A stretch of DNA of 64,000 nt from Lama guanicoe (Eukaryota): positions 11,855,175 to 11,919,174 of the forward strand of contig MU056000.1 of the NCBI GenBank assembly GCA_013239625.1, in the 5' to 3' direction. Below the pieces are notes generated by a model, which was not told where the DNA came from, searched no databases, and saw nothing but the letters and a program-made list of their open reading frames with translations. Shown here in pieces: positions 49,901 to 63,225 of the stretch (its first letter is position 1; each line of letters opens with the position of its first letter). A program made the translations under genes and the position numbers.

Positions 49901-50866
49901 GTTCTTACACTTCTTCCTATGAAAGGCTAGTGCTGCCCCCTTCCTTGAAGATGTTGCAGAAGCCTCTCCATCATCACCATAGGACAGAATTCTCCCAACC
50001 CAGGATCCACCACTAACTCCATCCAAGGGCACTAGATGAGTAACTAGAATGCAGATCAGCAACGACAGCCTATGGGTCAAGTCTAACCTATAATCTCCTT
50101 TCTGTAAATAAAGTTTTATTGAAACACAGCTATGAACATTCAGTTCCATATTGTCTGCAGCTGCTTTCATGCCCCAGTGAGAGACTTGAACTGCTGCAAC
50201 ACAGCCTAAAATGTTTACTACTGCCTCTTTACAGGGGAAGTTTCTGAGCTAGAGTCATGTCATAATAAAACCCAGCAGGAGAAGTGTTGGTCCTGATAAG
50301 GGAGAAAAAGGAATTTACACCCAAGAAGATGAAGGACCTCACCAATAAATACTGGCAGGAATGGAAGAGTATTTGTGGGATTGAATTCTGAAGGACCTGG
50401 ATAAAGGAGGATGGAGTTTTGGAGGATGGATAATGGAGAGATTATTCATGAGAGAGAATTCTTGTGAATAGGTGATGAGACATCCAGGCCCAGGATTTAA
50501 GAATCTCTTGGTTGGCTCTTGGAACCTTAGAAAAGCCATGACCACACTCAGTGGAGGAGATACGTGAGCAATGCCTTGGCAGAGCCTGGACAAAGAGATC
50601 AAAGGCTCAGAGAAGCAGGCACGCTAGAAGGGGTACACTCTGTATGCCTGGGAAATCCACCAGTTCACCGTGAGTCACAGGGGCACCAGAGGACACACCG
50701 TTTCCCAGAGCTGTAAGGAATGAGTGGGGGAGAGGGGCATCACCTTTCCTGAGCATCTCAGCGGAGCTGGGCTCTGCAGGCAGGGCGGACGCTGTAGGAG
50801 ATGCTGTTATAGAACTGGGCTCCCTGAAAACAAAGAGGATGAGAAGATCCCAGATGGGTAGAGGCC

Positions 50867-51497
50867 AGGTGGCAGAACTTAAATAACAGAAGCAAAGAGG
50901 ATGCGATTATAACGAGTGGCAGGGGGCCCTCACTCACAGAGAGCCACAGACATGAGCGCTGGAACCTGGCGTGGTTAAGGGCAGGTGCAGCGTGATAACA
51001 AAGATACTGCTACCAACCCCCCACTGAAAATCATGGCCAATTTCCAGCCCTGAGCCAGTCCTTCAGCCCCAAACCTGCTGCCCGAGGGAAAGGCTGGTTT
51101 GAGGAAGGATCCTGTTAGACAAAGGCGGGGGCATGTGGGAATAATCTCCCGTCTTCACCCAAAGGGACCTGTGGCCATTTCAAGGTGGCAGAACTTAAAT
51201 AACAGAAGCAAAGAGGATGCGATTATAACGAGTGGCAGGGGGCCCTCACTCACAGAGAGCCACAGACATGAGCGCTGGAACCTGGCGTGGTTAAGGGCAG
51301 GTGCAGGGTGATAACAAAGATACTGCTACCAACCCCCCACTGAACATCATGGCCAATTTCCAGCCCTGAGCCAGTCCTTCAGCCCCAAACCTGCTGCCCG
51401 AGGGAAAGGCTGGTCTGAGGAAGGACCCTGTTAGACCAAGGCAGGGACATGTGGGAATAATCTCCCGTCTTCACCCAAAGGGACCTGTGGCCATTTC
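50867..51497 (+). repeat. Tandem duplication, 2 x 316 bp, right arm only
   Basis: aggtggcagaacttaaataac starts at 50867 and 51183; both units end gtggccatttc (51181, 51497); a handful of substitutions. Confidence 0.95.
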
Positions 51498-51606
51498 CTT
51501 GGGTTCCCCAGGTATCTCAGGGACTCTCAGACAGGGCAGTCTCCACTGACACTCAGAGATTTTTGTGTTTCATCATGATTCTCTGCCAAAGTGGGGTCTT
51601 ATGGAG

Positions 51607-54600
51607 GGTAGGTGATGAGACATCCGGGCCCAGGCTCGTTCACGGTGGGTTCTTCGGCTCCGTGAATCCACCTGGTGATCATCTGTTCAGTCTCTGAGTG
51701 TATCCAGAAATGGATGTCCTTAGTAGCTGCCAGAATCCCCCTCGTTAGCTCGTTGGTTTTAGGGTGAGCTTCTGTAGAGGAGAAGGCCACATGGAGGACC
51801 TGAACCTGTCCCACTATGGTTGAGAGAGTAGATGAAAATCAATGTCACGTCTGGGGGAAAGACAGAGACATCCGCCACCCTAACACACTCAGCACTGCAA
51901 GGGTAGTGGACCATTCCCCCAAGTCCCATTGAATTCTCCACTCTGCCCCCTTTAAAGCCAGGGGCCTGATAACTGAGGGCAGACCTCGTGGATCTGCCAC
52001 CCCTGCTGAACGCCCAGCCGGCCAGCAGCCGGATCCACGCTGAGGCCCCAGTGCAGCTTCCTCCCCTGAGGAGACCAACCAGTTACTTGCCAGCAACTTG
52101 AATGCCTGGGGTCGCTTTCAGTCTGGAAGTGCAGTGATGGATGGAGACCAGAAGTGACTATACATAGTCAAGAAATGCCTTTGCCTTTCGTGCCTAAGGG
52201 GACCCAGCCAGCACTGCCATCCGTGAGTTTATGTTTATTTAATAAACCGGTGATGGATCCTACGTAATGTGACTGTGGACCAGGAATCGCATTTTATAGC
52301 AGCTGGGTCCTACCCACACCGAGCCACACCACCCAGAAGGTGTCTGCCTAATACAGAGCCTTTTGAGAACAGCGAAGGCGACAGCCTGGGGACGACGCCC
52401 TGGGAGGATGGGTGGCATTGCACCGCTGCAGGTCACGGAGCGCTGGGCCCCCAACAGGTGTAACCGACTGGCCCATGGAACAAGCACAGGAAGGAGGCCC
52501 GGCCCTCTCACCGTTCCTCTCAGTGAGCTGCTCGGGGAACTGTGTTCCCTGTCACTGCACGCTGGGTCTCTTGGGCCCTGCTTTTCAGAGCGGGGGTGCT
52601 TCTCTCAGGGGACTCGGCAAGAATTCCTGAAGTTGAAGCTACAGCTGCTGCCTGGCCACAGCCCCATCCACCCAGGTGACTCACTAGGCTGTTCCCTGGT
52701 ACCCCCTTGCCGAACTTTGATGGGCGGTGAGCAAGAGCAGTAGCTGTGGGTTGAATTTGGTCATTTACCACCTCTGCCATGTCCTCAAGGTGACCTACGG
52801 TCAGCGCCCTCGGGGATGAGAGTCTGGGTCACCCCCCCTCCCCGCCCAGGTAAGCCACCCTGAGCGGCCGGAGTGCTGTCTGAGGGTGCGCGGGGGTCTA
52901 GGGAGGCCAGTAGAGGAGGGACACAGGGAGACGAGCTGAGGTGACAGGGGCTGGAGTTTATCTCAATAACCTTCCTTGTGTAAGTTTCCCCGGAAACAGA
53001 GCATTCAGAGTCACATGCAGCTCTGCTCAGGTGGGGTGAAACTCCTGGATGAAGGCCTGGGACTTGGAAGGCCCCAGGGGTGACCGTAGCGGGTCCAGGC
53101 GTCTCCCCTTCAGGACCAAAGCCTGCACTGCCCACGCGCTCAGGAGAGCTGGCTCTGACTTCTGCGAGGCGCTCATCAGGGAGCCCCACTCAGGAATGGC
53201 CCTCGGCCGGAGGGAGCGGCCTCATGCAGGGCTGCAGCCGGTTTGCAATGGCGTCTGGACACGGGGCTCTGCGGGAACCCAGGCCAGCGCCCTGGGCCCA
53301 TCAGGAAAACTCTGAAGGGCCATTTCCTCGGCCAGCCTCCCTGGGTATCCCCTGAGGCTTCCCCTGTGACCACGTCCCAGCTCCCCTCCCCCTGGGCCCC
53401 CTCCGGCCCCTCAGCCTTCACTGGGGTGTCTCTGCGAGCGCATAATTCTGGGCTAAAAACAGAGTAGGGAGTAAGAGTTTACAACTTCCCTTACAAATTG
53501 AAAACGAAAATATTTAGTAGTTTCATTCAGCAGAGACATTTTGCTGAACACAGAGGCTTTGTTTGGATGGAGAGGCGTCTCCACACAGCGTCTTTCCTTC
53601 TGTGAGCTTCTGGCGCTTCAATTATTTATTTTTTAATCAAGTTCTAATCCATTGTTGGGATGGATGTTTCTCAAGTAGTTTTTTTTTAATGTAGTAAGTT
53701 TCCTAAAAATTAGAATCCGTGTGTCATTATAAGGTAGGTGATGAGACATCCGGGCCCAGGCTCGTTCACGGTGGGTTCTTCGGCTCCGTGAATCCACCTG
53801 GTGATCATCTGTTCAGTCTCTGAGTGTATCCAGAAATGGATGTCCTTAGTAGCTGCCAGAATCCCCCTCGTTAGCTCGTTGGTTTTAGGGTGAGCTTCTG
53901 TAGAGGAGAAGGCCACATGGAGGACCTGAACCTGTCCCACTATGGTTGAGAGAGTAGATGAAAATCAATGTCACGTCTGGGGGAAAGACAGAGACATCCG
54001 CCACCCTAACACACTCAGCACTGCAAGGGTAGTGGACCATTCCCCCAAGTCCCATTGAATTCTCCACTCTGCCCCCTTTAAAGCCAGGGGCCTGATAACT
54101 GAGGGCAGACCTCGTGGATCTGCCACCCCTGCTGAACGCCCAGCCGGCCAGCAGCCGGATCCACGCCGAGGCCCCAGTGCAGCTTCCTCCCCTGAGGAGA
54201 CCAACCAGTTACTTGCCAGCAACTTGAATGCCTGGGGTCGCTTTCAGTCTGGAAGTGCAGTGATGGATGGAGACCAGAAGTGACTATACATAGTCAAGAA
54301 ATGCCTTTGCCTTTCGTGCCTAAGGGGACCCAGCCAGCACTGCCATCCGTGAGTTTATGTTTATTTAATAAACCGGTGATGGATCCTACGTAATGTGACT
54401 GTGGACCAGGAATCGCATTTTATAGCAGCTGGGTCCTACCCACACCGAGCCACACCACCCAGAAGGTGTCTGCCTAATACAGAGCCTTTTGAGAACAGCG
54501 AAGGCGACAGCCTGGGGACGATGCCCTGGGAGGATGGGTGGCATTGCACCGCTGCAGGTCACGGAGCGCTGGGCCCCCAACAGGTGTAACCGACTGGCCC

Positions 54601-55961
54601 ATGGAACAAGCACAGGAAGGAGGCCTGGCCCTCTCACCGTTCCTCTCAGTGAGCTGCTCGGGGAACTGTGTTCCCTGTCACTGCACGCTGGGTCTCTTGG
54701 GCCCTGCTTTTCAGAGCGGGGGTGCTTCTCTCAGGGGACTCGGCAAGAATTCCTGAAGTTGAAGCTACAGCTGCTGCCTGGCCACAGCCCCATTCACCCA
54801 GGTGACTCACTAGGCTGTTCCCTGGTACCCCCTTGCCGAACTTTGATGGGCGGTGAGCAAGAGCAGTAGCTGTGGGTTGAATTTGGCCATTTACCACCTC
54901 TGCCATGTCCTCAAGGTGACCTAGGGTCAGCGCCCTCGGGGATGAGAGTCTGGGTCACCCCCCCCCCTGCCCAGGTAAGCCACCCTGAGCGGCCGGAGTG
55001 CTGTCTGAGGGTGCGGGGGGTCTAGGGAGGCCAGTAGAGGAGGGACACAGGGAGACGAGCTGAGGTGACAGGGGCTGGAGTTTATCTCAATAACCTTCCT
55101 TGTGTAAGTTTCCCCGGAAACAGAGCATTCAGAGTCACATGCAGCTCTGCTCAGGTGGGGTGAAACTCCTGGATGAAGGCCTGGGACTTGGAAGGCCCCA
55201 GGGGTGACCGTAGCGGGTCCAGGCGTCTCCCCTTCAGGACCAAAGCCTGCACTGCCCACGCGCTCAGGAGAGCTGGCTCTGACTTCTGCGAGGCGCTCAT
55301 CAGGGAGCCCCACTCAGGAATGGCCCTCGGCCGGAGGGAGCGGCCTCATGCAGGGCTGCAGCCGGTTTGCAATGGCGTCTGGACACGGGGCTCTGCGGGA
55401 ACCCAGGCCAGCGCCCTGGGCCCATCAGGAAAACTCTGAAGGGCCATTTCCTCGGCCAGCCTCCCTGGGTATCCCCTGAGGCTTCCCCTGTGACCACGTC
55501 CCAGCTCCCCTCCCCCTGGGCCCCCTCCGGCCCCTCAGCCCTCACTGGGGTGTCTCTGCGAGCGCTCCCCAAAATGCCCTGCCTGGGACCTTCTGTGTCA
55601 GAAGCGGCTTCCCAGGAGCCCGAGACCTGGCTCTGGTTTAGGCACCTGACAGACACCTTTTCCCAGCTGTTGTAATTCTGGGCAAAAAACAGAGCAGGAC
55701 ATAAGAGTTAACAATTTCCCTTACAAATTGAAAATGAAAATATTTAGTAGTTTCATTCAGCAGAGACATTTTGCTGAACACAGAGGCTTTGTTTGGATGG
55801 AGAGGCGTCTCCACACAGCGTCTTTCCTTCTGTGAGCTTCTGGCGCTTCAATTATTTATTTTTTAATCAAGTTCTAATCCATTGTTGGGATGGATGTTTC
55901 TCAAGTAGTTTTTTTTTAATGTAGTAAGTTTCCTAAAAATTAGGATCCATGTGTCATTATA
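51607..55961 (+). repeat. Tandem duplication of a ~2.1-2.2 kb GC-rich unit, right arm only (copy 1 51607..53732, copy 2 53733..55961); third copy inverted at ~19880..22100
   Basis: ggtaggtgatgagacatccggg at 51607 and 53733; ORF pairs offset by 2126 (51759/53885, 52260/54386); copy 1 lacks ~105 bp after 53440. Confidence 0.97.
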
Positions 55962-56553
55962 GAGAATAAGCAGACAGGTGGTGAATGGACTTATATTTAA
56001 TGCTGAATGACATCAGCCTGAACCCCTGGAAGAGAAGGGCCCTTAGGAGAGTCTTTTCCCTCCCTCTACTTGCAATTAATTTTGTCAGTTTGTGATCTAC
56101 AGCATCAGATCATAGGGGAAAAAAATCTGATCATCACCTTAATTTCTTTAAAGAGGATCACAGGCAACTAATCTGCAAATTTAACTTCTCTTCCTGTTTC
56201 TGAACTATTTCTTTGCAAAGAGAAAGATGTTCACTGAGCCTATGGTAGATCTTTAAGTCACTGAATTTCTTTCTTAAGCTGTTAGTTTTGGTGCTCTTTT
56301 TGATAAACTTGGTGGCATTAGGTCCCAAAAGAACATAGGTGATCAAAATTTTTAAACATTTTATCAATTATCAATTTTAAAACTAATAATATTTGCAGTG
56401 AATCCATTTGAAATATACATCAGAAACCAACAGATAGCATGTGGAGCAGGATTTTATAAAAGGCTGTTTTAAAAAATATTTATTCCATGCCTTTCTAGTC
56501 CTTGGCATGTACGGAATTTCATTTTTATATGTTTTGATGTCATAAACATCATT

Positions 56554-56579
56554 TGTGTGTGTGTGTGTGTGTGTGTGTG
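56554..56579. repeat. (TG)n microsatellite at the L1 junction
   Basis: Direct reading. Confidence 0.95.
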
Positions 56580-57998
56580 GTTCCATATAAATTTGGGAAC
56601 TTGTCCTTATTTCGTGAAAAATATCAATGGCATTTTGATAAGGATTGCATTAAATATGAACTTTGTTTTGGGTAGTATGGACTTTTTCACAATATTAATT
56701 CTTCCAGTGCAAGGACACAGTATATCTTTCCATTTCTTTGTTATCATTTTCAAATTCCTTCATCAATGTTTTATACTCCACAGAGTATAGGTCTTTTACT
56801 TCCTTGGTTAAGTTTATTCTTAGGTATTTCATTCTTTCTGCTGTGATTTTAATCAGGATTATATTCTTGCTTTTTCTTTTTGATAGTTCATTATTAGTGT
56901 ATAGAAAAGCAACAGAGTTTTGTATATTAATCTTGTATCCTGCAACTTTACTCAAAACAGCATGGTACTGGCACAAAAACAGACACATTGATCAATGGAA
57001 CAGAACAGAGGACCCAGAAGTAAACCCATGCAGCTATGGCCAATTAATCCATGACAAGGGAGGCAAGACAATGGAGGAAAGACAGTCTCTTCAACAAGTA
57101 ATGCTTGGAAAACTGCACAGCTACACATAAAAGAATGATTTAGAACATTCCCTTATACTGTATGTAAAAATAAGCTCAAAATTGTTTAAAGACCTAAATG
57201 TAAGACCTGAAACCATCAAACTCCAAGAAGAGATCATAGGCAGAACACTCTTTGATATTAATTGTAGCAATATTTTTTTTAGATCTGTCTCATAAGGGAA
57301 AGAAATAATAGCACAAATAAACAAATGGAACCTAATTGAACTTAAAAGCTTTTGCACAGCAAAAGAAACCATTGACAAATCGAAAAGACAACCTACTGAA
57401 TAAGAGAAAATATTTGCTAATAATATGACCAAGAAGGGAAAAACATCCAAAATCTATAAACAGCTCATACAACTCAATATCAAAATGAAACAAGACAAAG
57501 AACCCAACCAAAAATGAGAAGACCTAAATAGACATTTTTCCAAAGAAGATGTACAAATGAAAAACAAGCAAAAGAAAAGACGCTCAACATCAATAATTAT
57601 TAGAGAAATGCAAATCAAAACCACAGTGAGATACCACCTCATGCCTGTCAGAATGGTTTAGCATTAACAAGTCTACAAATACCAAATGTTGACAAGGATA
57701 TGGAGAAAATGGAACCCTTATACACTGCTGGTGGGGATGTAAATTGATACAGACACTATGGAAAACAGTATGGAGGTTCTCAAAACACTAAAAATAGAAC
57801 TATAATATGACCCAACCACTCCACTCCTGGGTATGTATCCAGAAAAAACATTCATTGGAAAAGATACATGCACCCCAATGCTTATGGCCACATTATTTAC
57901 AGTAGCTGAGATATGGAAGCAACCCAAGATATGGAACCAACCCATGGGAAGTACCCATGAAAAGATGAGTGGATAATGGAATATATCTACAATGGGCA

Positions 57999-58040
<42 letters not shown>

Positions 58041-58415
58041 ATGGAATATTACTCAGCCATAAAAAGAATAAAATTCTGCCATTTGCAGCATATGGATAGA
58101 TCTAGAAATTTTTAGTGAGATATGTCAGACAGAGAAAGAGACATACTCGGTGTTATCCGTCATATATGGAGTCTAACAAATAAAACAAATGAATGTATAC
58201 AACAAAACAGAAACAGACTCACAGATATAGAGAACAAAATAGTAGTTACCAGTGGCGAGGAGAAATATAGGGATAGGGGATTAAGAGATGCAACTACTAT
58301 GCATAAAATGGATAAGAAACAAGGATATATTTTATAGCACAGGGAAGTATTGAATCACTATGTTGTACACCTGAAACTATCCACCTTTGTAAATCAACTG
58401 TATTTCAGTAAAAAG
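56578..58415 (+). mobile_element. LINE-1 insertion with 5' inversion (56578..56952 antisense, 56953..58415 sense), right arm only
   Basis: ORF2 peptide [22 protein letters not shown] on the minus strand joined to [17 protein letters not shown] on the plus strand at ~56952; L1 3'UTR ends tgtaaatcaactgtatttcagtaaaaag. Confidence 0.92.
57998..58041. repeat. (TA)n microsatellite within L1
   Basis: Direct reading. Confidence 0.95.
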
Positions 58416-60513
58416 AAGAGTTATGTAGGCTGGTTGTCCTACATTCAGAAACGTCACTAATCATTCCAGTGATGTCACAAGGTTCTGCAAGTTTTTTAAG
58501 AACATTTCACCTATAATTTCAGGATTCACTCACAACCATCACTTAGATCCAGTGCTTCGCTAAGGCGGGAGATAGCATTTTCTTATTGTCATTCCTTCTG
58601 CATTAGTTAGGCATAATTCTGTAAAGAATAATATATCCTTGTCAATTTTTTGGCCTCCCTGAAATAGAGGTTGTATAGGAAGGGCAGGATAAATTCTTTA
58701 TTCTTTTGATGTATCTATCAATTTTTAGAGTAATGAGTTGGTGCTCTTAAAACCACCAATGGCAACTAGTAAGTTTAAAAAAATCAGTATTATTTAACTC
58801 ATAAATTCTTATCTACATAATATATTGAGTGTAATTATTATTCTTTTTGATAGTCATACTGTGCCATTTTGGCTAATGGGATCTCTGTCAAATTGTCTTC
58901 CTTTGGACATGATCTATTTAGTTGTTGGTAGTTTCTGGCTTTACTGCATTTCAAGATTTCCCAGGCTCATTTTGTACATTACACATTCTATATAGATTTC
59001 CAAAAAGTGATTTACTGGATCAAAAGGAATAACTATCTTTAAGGTGGTTTGACTGAATGGAAAGTGGCTTTAGAGGTGGGTAGACCAGGATTAGAATCCA
59101 AGCTCTATTGTTTCCCTGCTTTGGGGACCTAGAAAGGGCTTTATCTTACATCATGATGATAATAGAACCTCTTACAAGGAAGAGGTAATAATAACATATA
59201 GAATTATTTTATTATAGTGTTAAGTGGAAAAAATAGGACTCACAATTATATTTTAAAAGTCATAGAGAATTATTGTGATCAAATATGCTCACATGTCCAT
59301 AGTGGTGTCTTGGATGGTGGGACTACAGGTCATGCATTCTCTTCTTTATGCTTCACACTGTACTTTTCCATATAAGCTAGAAGGGAAAGAAATAAGATGA
59401 CTTCATTTATAAAAAATAAGCCCACACCACAAATCCCATAGTGCTGATGAAAATTCATTTGGGGTATGATTTATCGCACACTCTGTTTGTATCTTTCGTG
59501 GTCAATTTAATCCACTTGTCCTTTAATAGAATTTAATGCAAACTCTGTAATAAAGAAAAATACTGATGTGCCTACACTCTGCCATCTGCTTCCTTTCTCA
59601 ATATTATGTCGTATTGATTTCAAGGGACCAGGTCAAAGCGGAGTGTGTCCTGCTTTCAAGGATGACCTCTGGGGGCTCATGCCCTTCTGCCTCCTTGTTC
59701 CCAGGAGAGAACCTCTAGGTTCTGGGCTGACAGCTGACGGCAGAGCAGCAAAAACAGGAAGCAAAATAAAATCTCCCTTTGACATGCTTATAAATCAGTT
59801 TTCCTATGGGACAGGATGGTTGGTGCTGGTGCACATTGAAAACAGTCTTATTGATCAGAAAACTAAACCAGTTGGTTCTTAATTCACCTAGGGATTCAGG
59901 TTGATCCAGAGTGATTGTCAAGGATGAATTCATTGACGTAATCCTTTAAAACAATGGCAAATGATAAAAACTTTAGTGGAAGGTATCTATCTGCAGAGGT
60001 TTCTGATCCAGGATTTAATCTGCTTTTCAGGAATGATATTTTGGTCTTGGAGTCAAGGGTCATAATTTCTTCCTTTAAAATGAGCGATGAAATTCTTCAG
60101 ACATATGGGGTTTAAAGGAAGGTGATAATCAGACGTAACATTTTTCTTTACATTTTTTCTATTTAAATATATCTTATTTCAAAAGAGAAGTCTTGATTTT
60201 AATTTTGAATCAGTGAAGGCTAACTCTGACATTGGAGAAACTTGAATACCATGGTCTGGTTGATTGCTTATGAACAATAAATTCCCTTTGATAGGTGTTC
60301 TGGTGGCTGTATAAGAAGAAACATGTAAAAGAAAGTGTCCTGGTAATTGACAGTAACTGGGAAGGATTGCTTTTTCTCTTTTCTTTTATTTTCTTTTCCC
60401 TTAAATTCCTCCCATCCATGAACTGATTTGGATGCTGATCTGTAGATGAGCCAAACCCAAGTATTTAGCATCTGGACCACTGTCACTAAAAGCCCTGCTT
60501 CCTTCAACAACAC

Positions 60514-60808
60514 GTTTTTTTTTAATCTAATTTTTTTTATTGAAGTGTAGTCGATTTACAATGTTGATTTCAGCAAAGCGATTTAGCTATACATACACAT
60601 ACCTTTTTTTCAGATTTTTTTCCATTACACCTCATTACAAGAAATTAAATATAGTCCCCTGTGCTGTACAGTGCTAGGACCTTGTTGTTTATCTATTTTA
60701 TATTCACTGATATGTATCTTTTAATCCCAAACACCTAATGTATCCCTCCCACTGCTTCACCCCCTGGTAACTGCAGCTTGTTTTCTGCGTCCGTGAGCCT
60801 ATTTCTGG
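60514..60808 (-). mobile_element. Mirror copy of the truncated LINE-1 3' end in the right arm
   Basis: Reverse complement of 16191..16495; TSD ttcaacaacac present on both sides (~60503 and ~60809). Confidence 0.85.
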
Positions 60809-62524
60809 TTCAACAACACACCTTGAGTGAGCACTTGTTCCTGGTGCAGGCTCTCTGCATTCACAGTTAGAAACACACTGAAGATGGAGATACAGCGCCT
60901 GCTCACAGAGACCTTACAGCCTGGCCGGCTGCACTGGACACAGCACACCTGTAAATAAGGGACCAGCCCTGGCAGCACCAGGGGGGATGTGTGCTGTGAC
61001 GTGTGGTGACAGGAGCGTCCCCAGGACTGCACCGGTCAGGGTTCTCCAGAGAAACAGAACCCATGCTTCCCTCTCTGGGTCTCTCTCTCTTATTATGTTA
61101 AGGAATTGGGACATGCAGTTGTGGGGAGTCTGACGTCCTCAGGGCATGCGGCAGCCTGAGACCCAGGGGAGTTGATGTTGCAGTCTCAACTCAGACCTGA
61201 AGGCAGTCCTGAGACAGAGTTCTCTCTTCCTTTGCAGGGGGAAGCTCAATCTTTTTCTCTCAAGACCTTCAACTGATTGTGTGAGGCCCACCTACTTCAC
61301 CCCTATGGCACAAACCAGATGCAAATCGGTATGCAGTGAAAATGAGCATCCCGCTCTCCTGACCCCCAGCCCCTTCAGGCCCCTCCCCAGTGACGGCAGC
61401 TGACACCCAGTGTCACGTCCTTGTGGGAAGACTGTGCACATGTGAGCAAATGAGTGTAGGGACTCTGAACGCTATGCCGGCGAGAACACCTTGCTTTTTT
61501 CCAGTGAACAAAATATCTTGGAGATGTTTCCACTTGAATTTAGTTAAAGGCTGCCTATTTTTATAGTTACGTACTATTCCATTGTCCAAATATATCGTAA
61601 TTCGTCTAGTCAGCCCCCATCTACATTGTTTGCAGGCCTGTGCTGGTGCAGACAACGTGGCCATAAAGATCCTGGTACACACATCCCACCTCTCCCCGTT
61701 TTGGCGTAAATCTCTAGGAGCAGAATGGCTACGTCTAAGCAGATGTGCATTTGAACTGTTGACAAATTAGCAAGTTGCCCTCCATAGAGACCCTGCCAGT
61801 TAACACACCTACAACTGGTTCTTTTCAGCTCCAACTACAGACGCACAAACATAACATCACAGGCATCGTTTCCAAGGGAGGGGCTGGATTTTGGCTGATC
61901 CCTTCTCTCCTCTTCCTCACGCTGCTGGACACCAGTCACCAGCGTCCGGGAGTCGGCTGCCTGGGCGTAGCCTGAGGGAAGGGAACACAGTGAAGGGAAC
62001 TCGCCTGTGGAGACAGCAACTCCAGACCTTCACATTATGAAATGGGCTCTGATCAAATATAAAAGTGTAGGTCTCCTCATGGTGACTTGCTCAAGGGTCA
62101 CACAGCTCATGTGTGTCAGGAGCGGAACTTGAACAGGGACTCTTGTTCATGTCTTGAGTTCTTGTGGCCCTGGCATCATAGGTAAGGGACCACGCCCAAC
62201 TGAGCTAAGTCATCCGCATCATTTATGAGCTCATCCATCTTCATCCTTTAAGAGCTGGTCCATGTGCATTGTTAGGACAGCGCCTGCTGCATAGTAAGCT
62301 CTCAGCACACGTTAGTGATTATCCTCCTTCTGGTTCCCTAGGCGGTGAGCCTGGGTGTGGAGTGGGTGGGTGGGGGAACTGGAGGAGACTGGAGGAGTCT
62401 GCGCATTGCTGGGGCCGGGCCTGGAGCAGCAGACCCGGCTAGGATGGCCTCCCCACCCTCCCAGCTGTGTAATTCAAACAGCTCCAGCCTGGTAGCAGCA
62501 TCTGAGTCCGGCAGGCAGAGGACC

Positions 62525-62795
62525 GTTTTCCTTAATTGAGAGGGAGCTAATGAGAGCTGCATCTCTTAGACTCTGCCCATTGGATGAGAACAAACATTAA
62601 TTACCGCTGGGCCAGAAAAGGCCAGATACAACTGAGCAGAGAGAGGACATCTTCCCCCATCAGTGAGAAAGCTGTGTGCAGAGGACCGGCGCGCTTTCCA
62701 GCAGCGAACGTCCGTCACCGGCCGTGGCATTAAATACAGAGCAAAGGCCCCATAAAGCGGCATCCGCGTGGGAAGCAATTAAACGTGGGCCGCCC
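62525..62795. promoter_or_regulatory. Candidate homeodomain-motif-rich enhancer, right copy
   Basis: Reverse complement of 14200..14470 with all TAAT and TTTAT motifs retained. Confidence 0.45.
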
Positions 62796-63225
62796 TGCAG
62801 CCACGCTCCAGCAGCTGCCTCTGTTGGAGCTTTCAAGGCTCAACAGCTTGCAGGATGACTGAGGAATAATAATGCTCGGGTTTTCTCCGTGGACGCAAGG
62901 AAGCCTGCGGAGGGGGAGCTGGCGTCTCCTTCATGAAGCAAGATTTGGATGGCAGTGTCGCCTGGGCCTGCAGGGAGGGCGGGGCTGGCTCTCCCCGGGT
63001 GCCTCCTGCAGCTGCCTCTGTCACAAGGGTCCCCATGGTCTACTGGTGGCGACAATTAGGCACATTCAACACACCTGACGGGGAACCTAGGCTCCCAAGA
63101 AGCAATTGCAACCTGGTGCTGCTTCTCCTTTTTACCAGTCGACGCAACCTACCTGTCACATTTCCAGCCCCCATCCCGGCAAGCGCGTTTCCCTCTCCAG
63201 GCGGTGAGCCTGGGGCGTTTCTAAA

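Larger units (their letters stand above)
49909..63224 (-). repeat. Inverted repeat, right arm, main segment (includes private tandem duplications and an L1 insertion)
   Basis: Reverse complement of 13771..23885. Confidence 0.98.

Noticed and set aside
56695..58337. ORFs with reverse-transcriptase-associated peptides
   Set aside because: Broken LINE-1 ORF2 fragments, not host genes.
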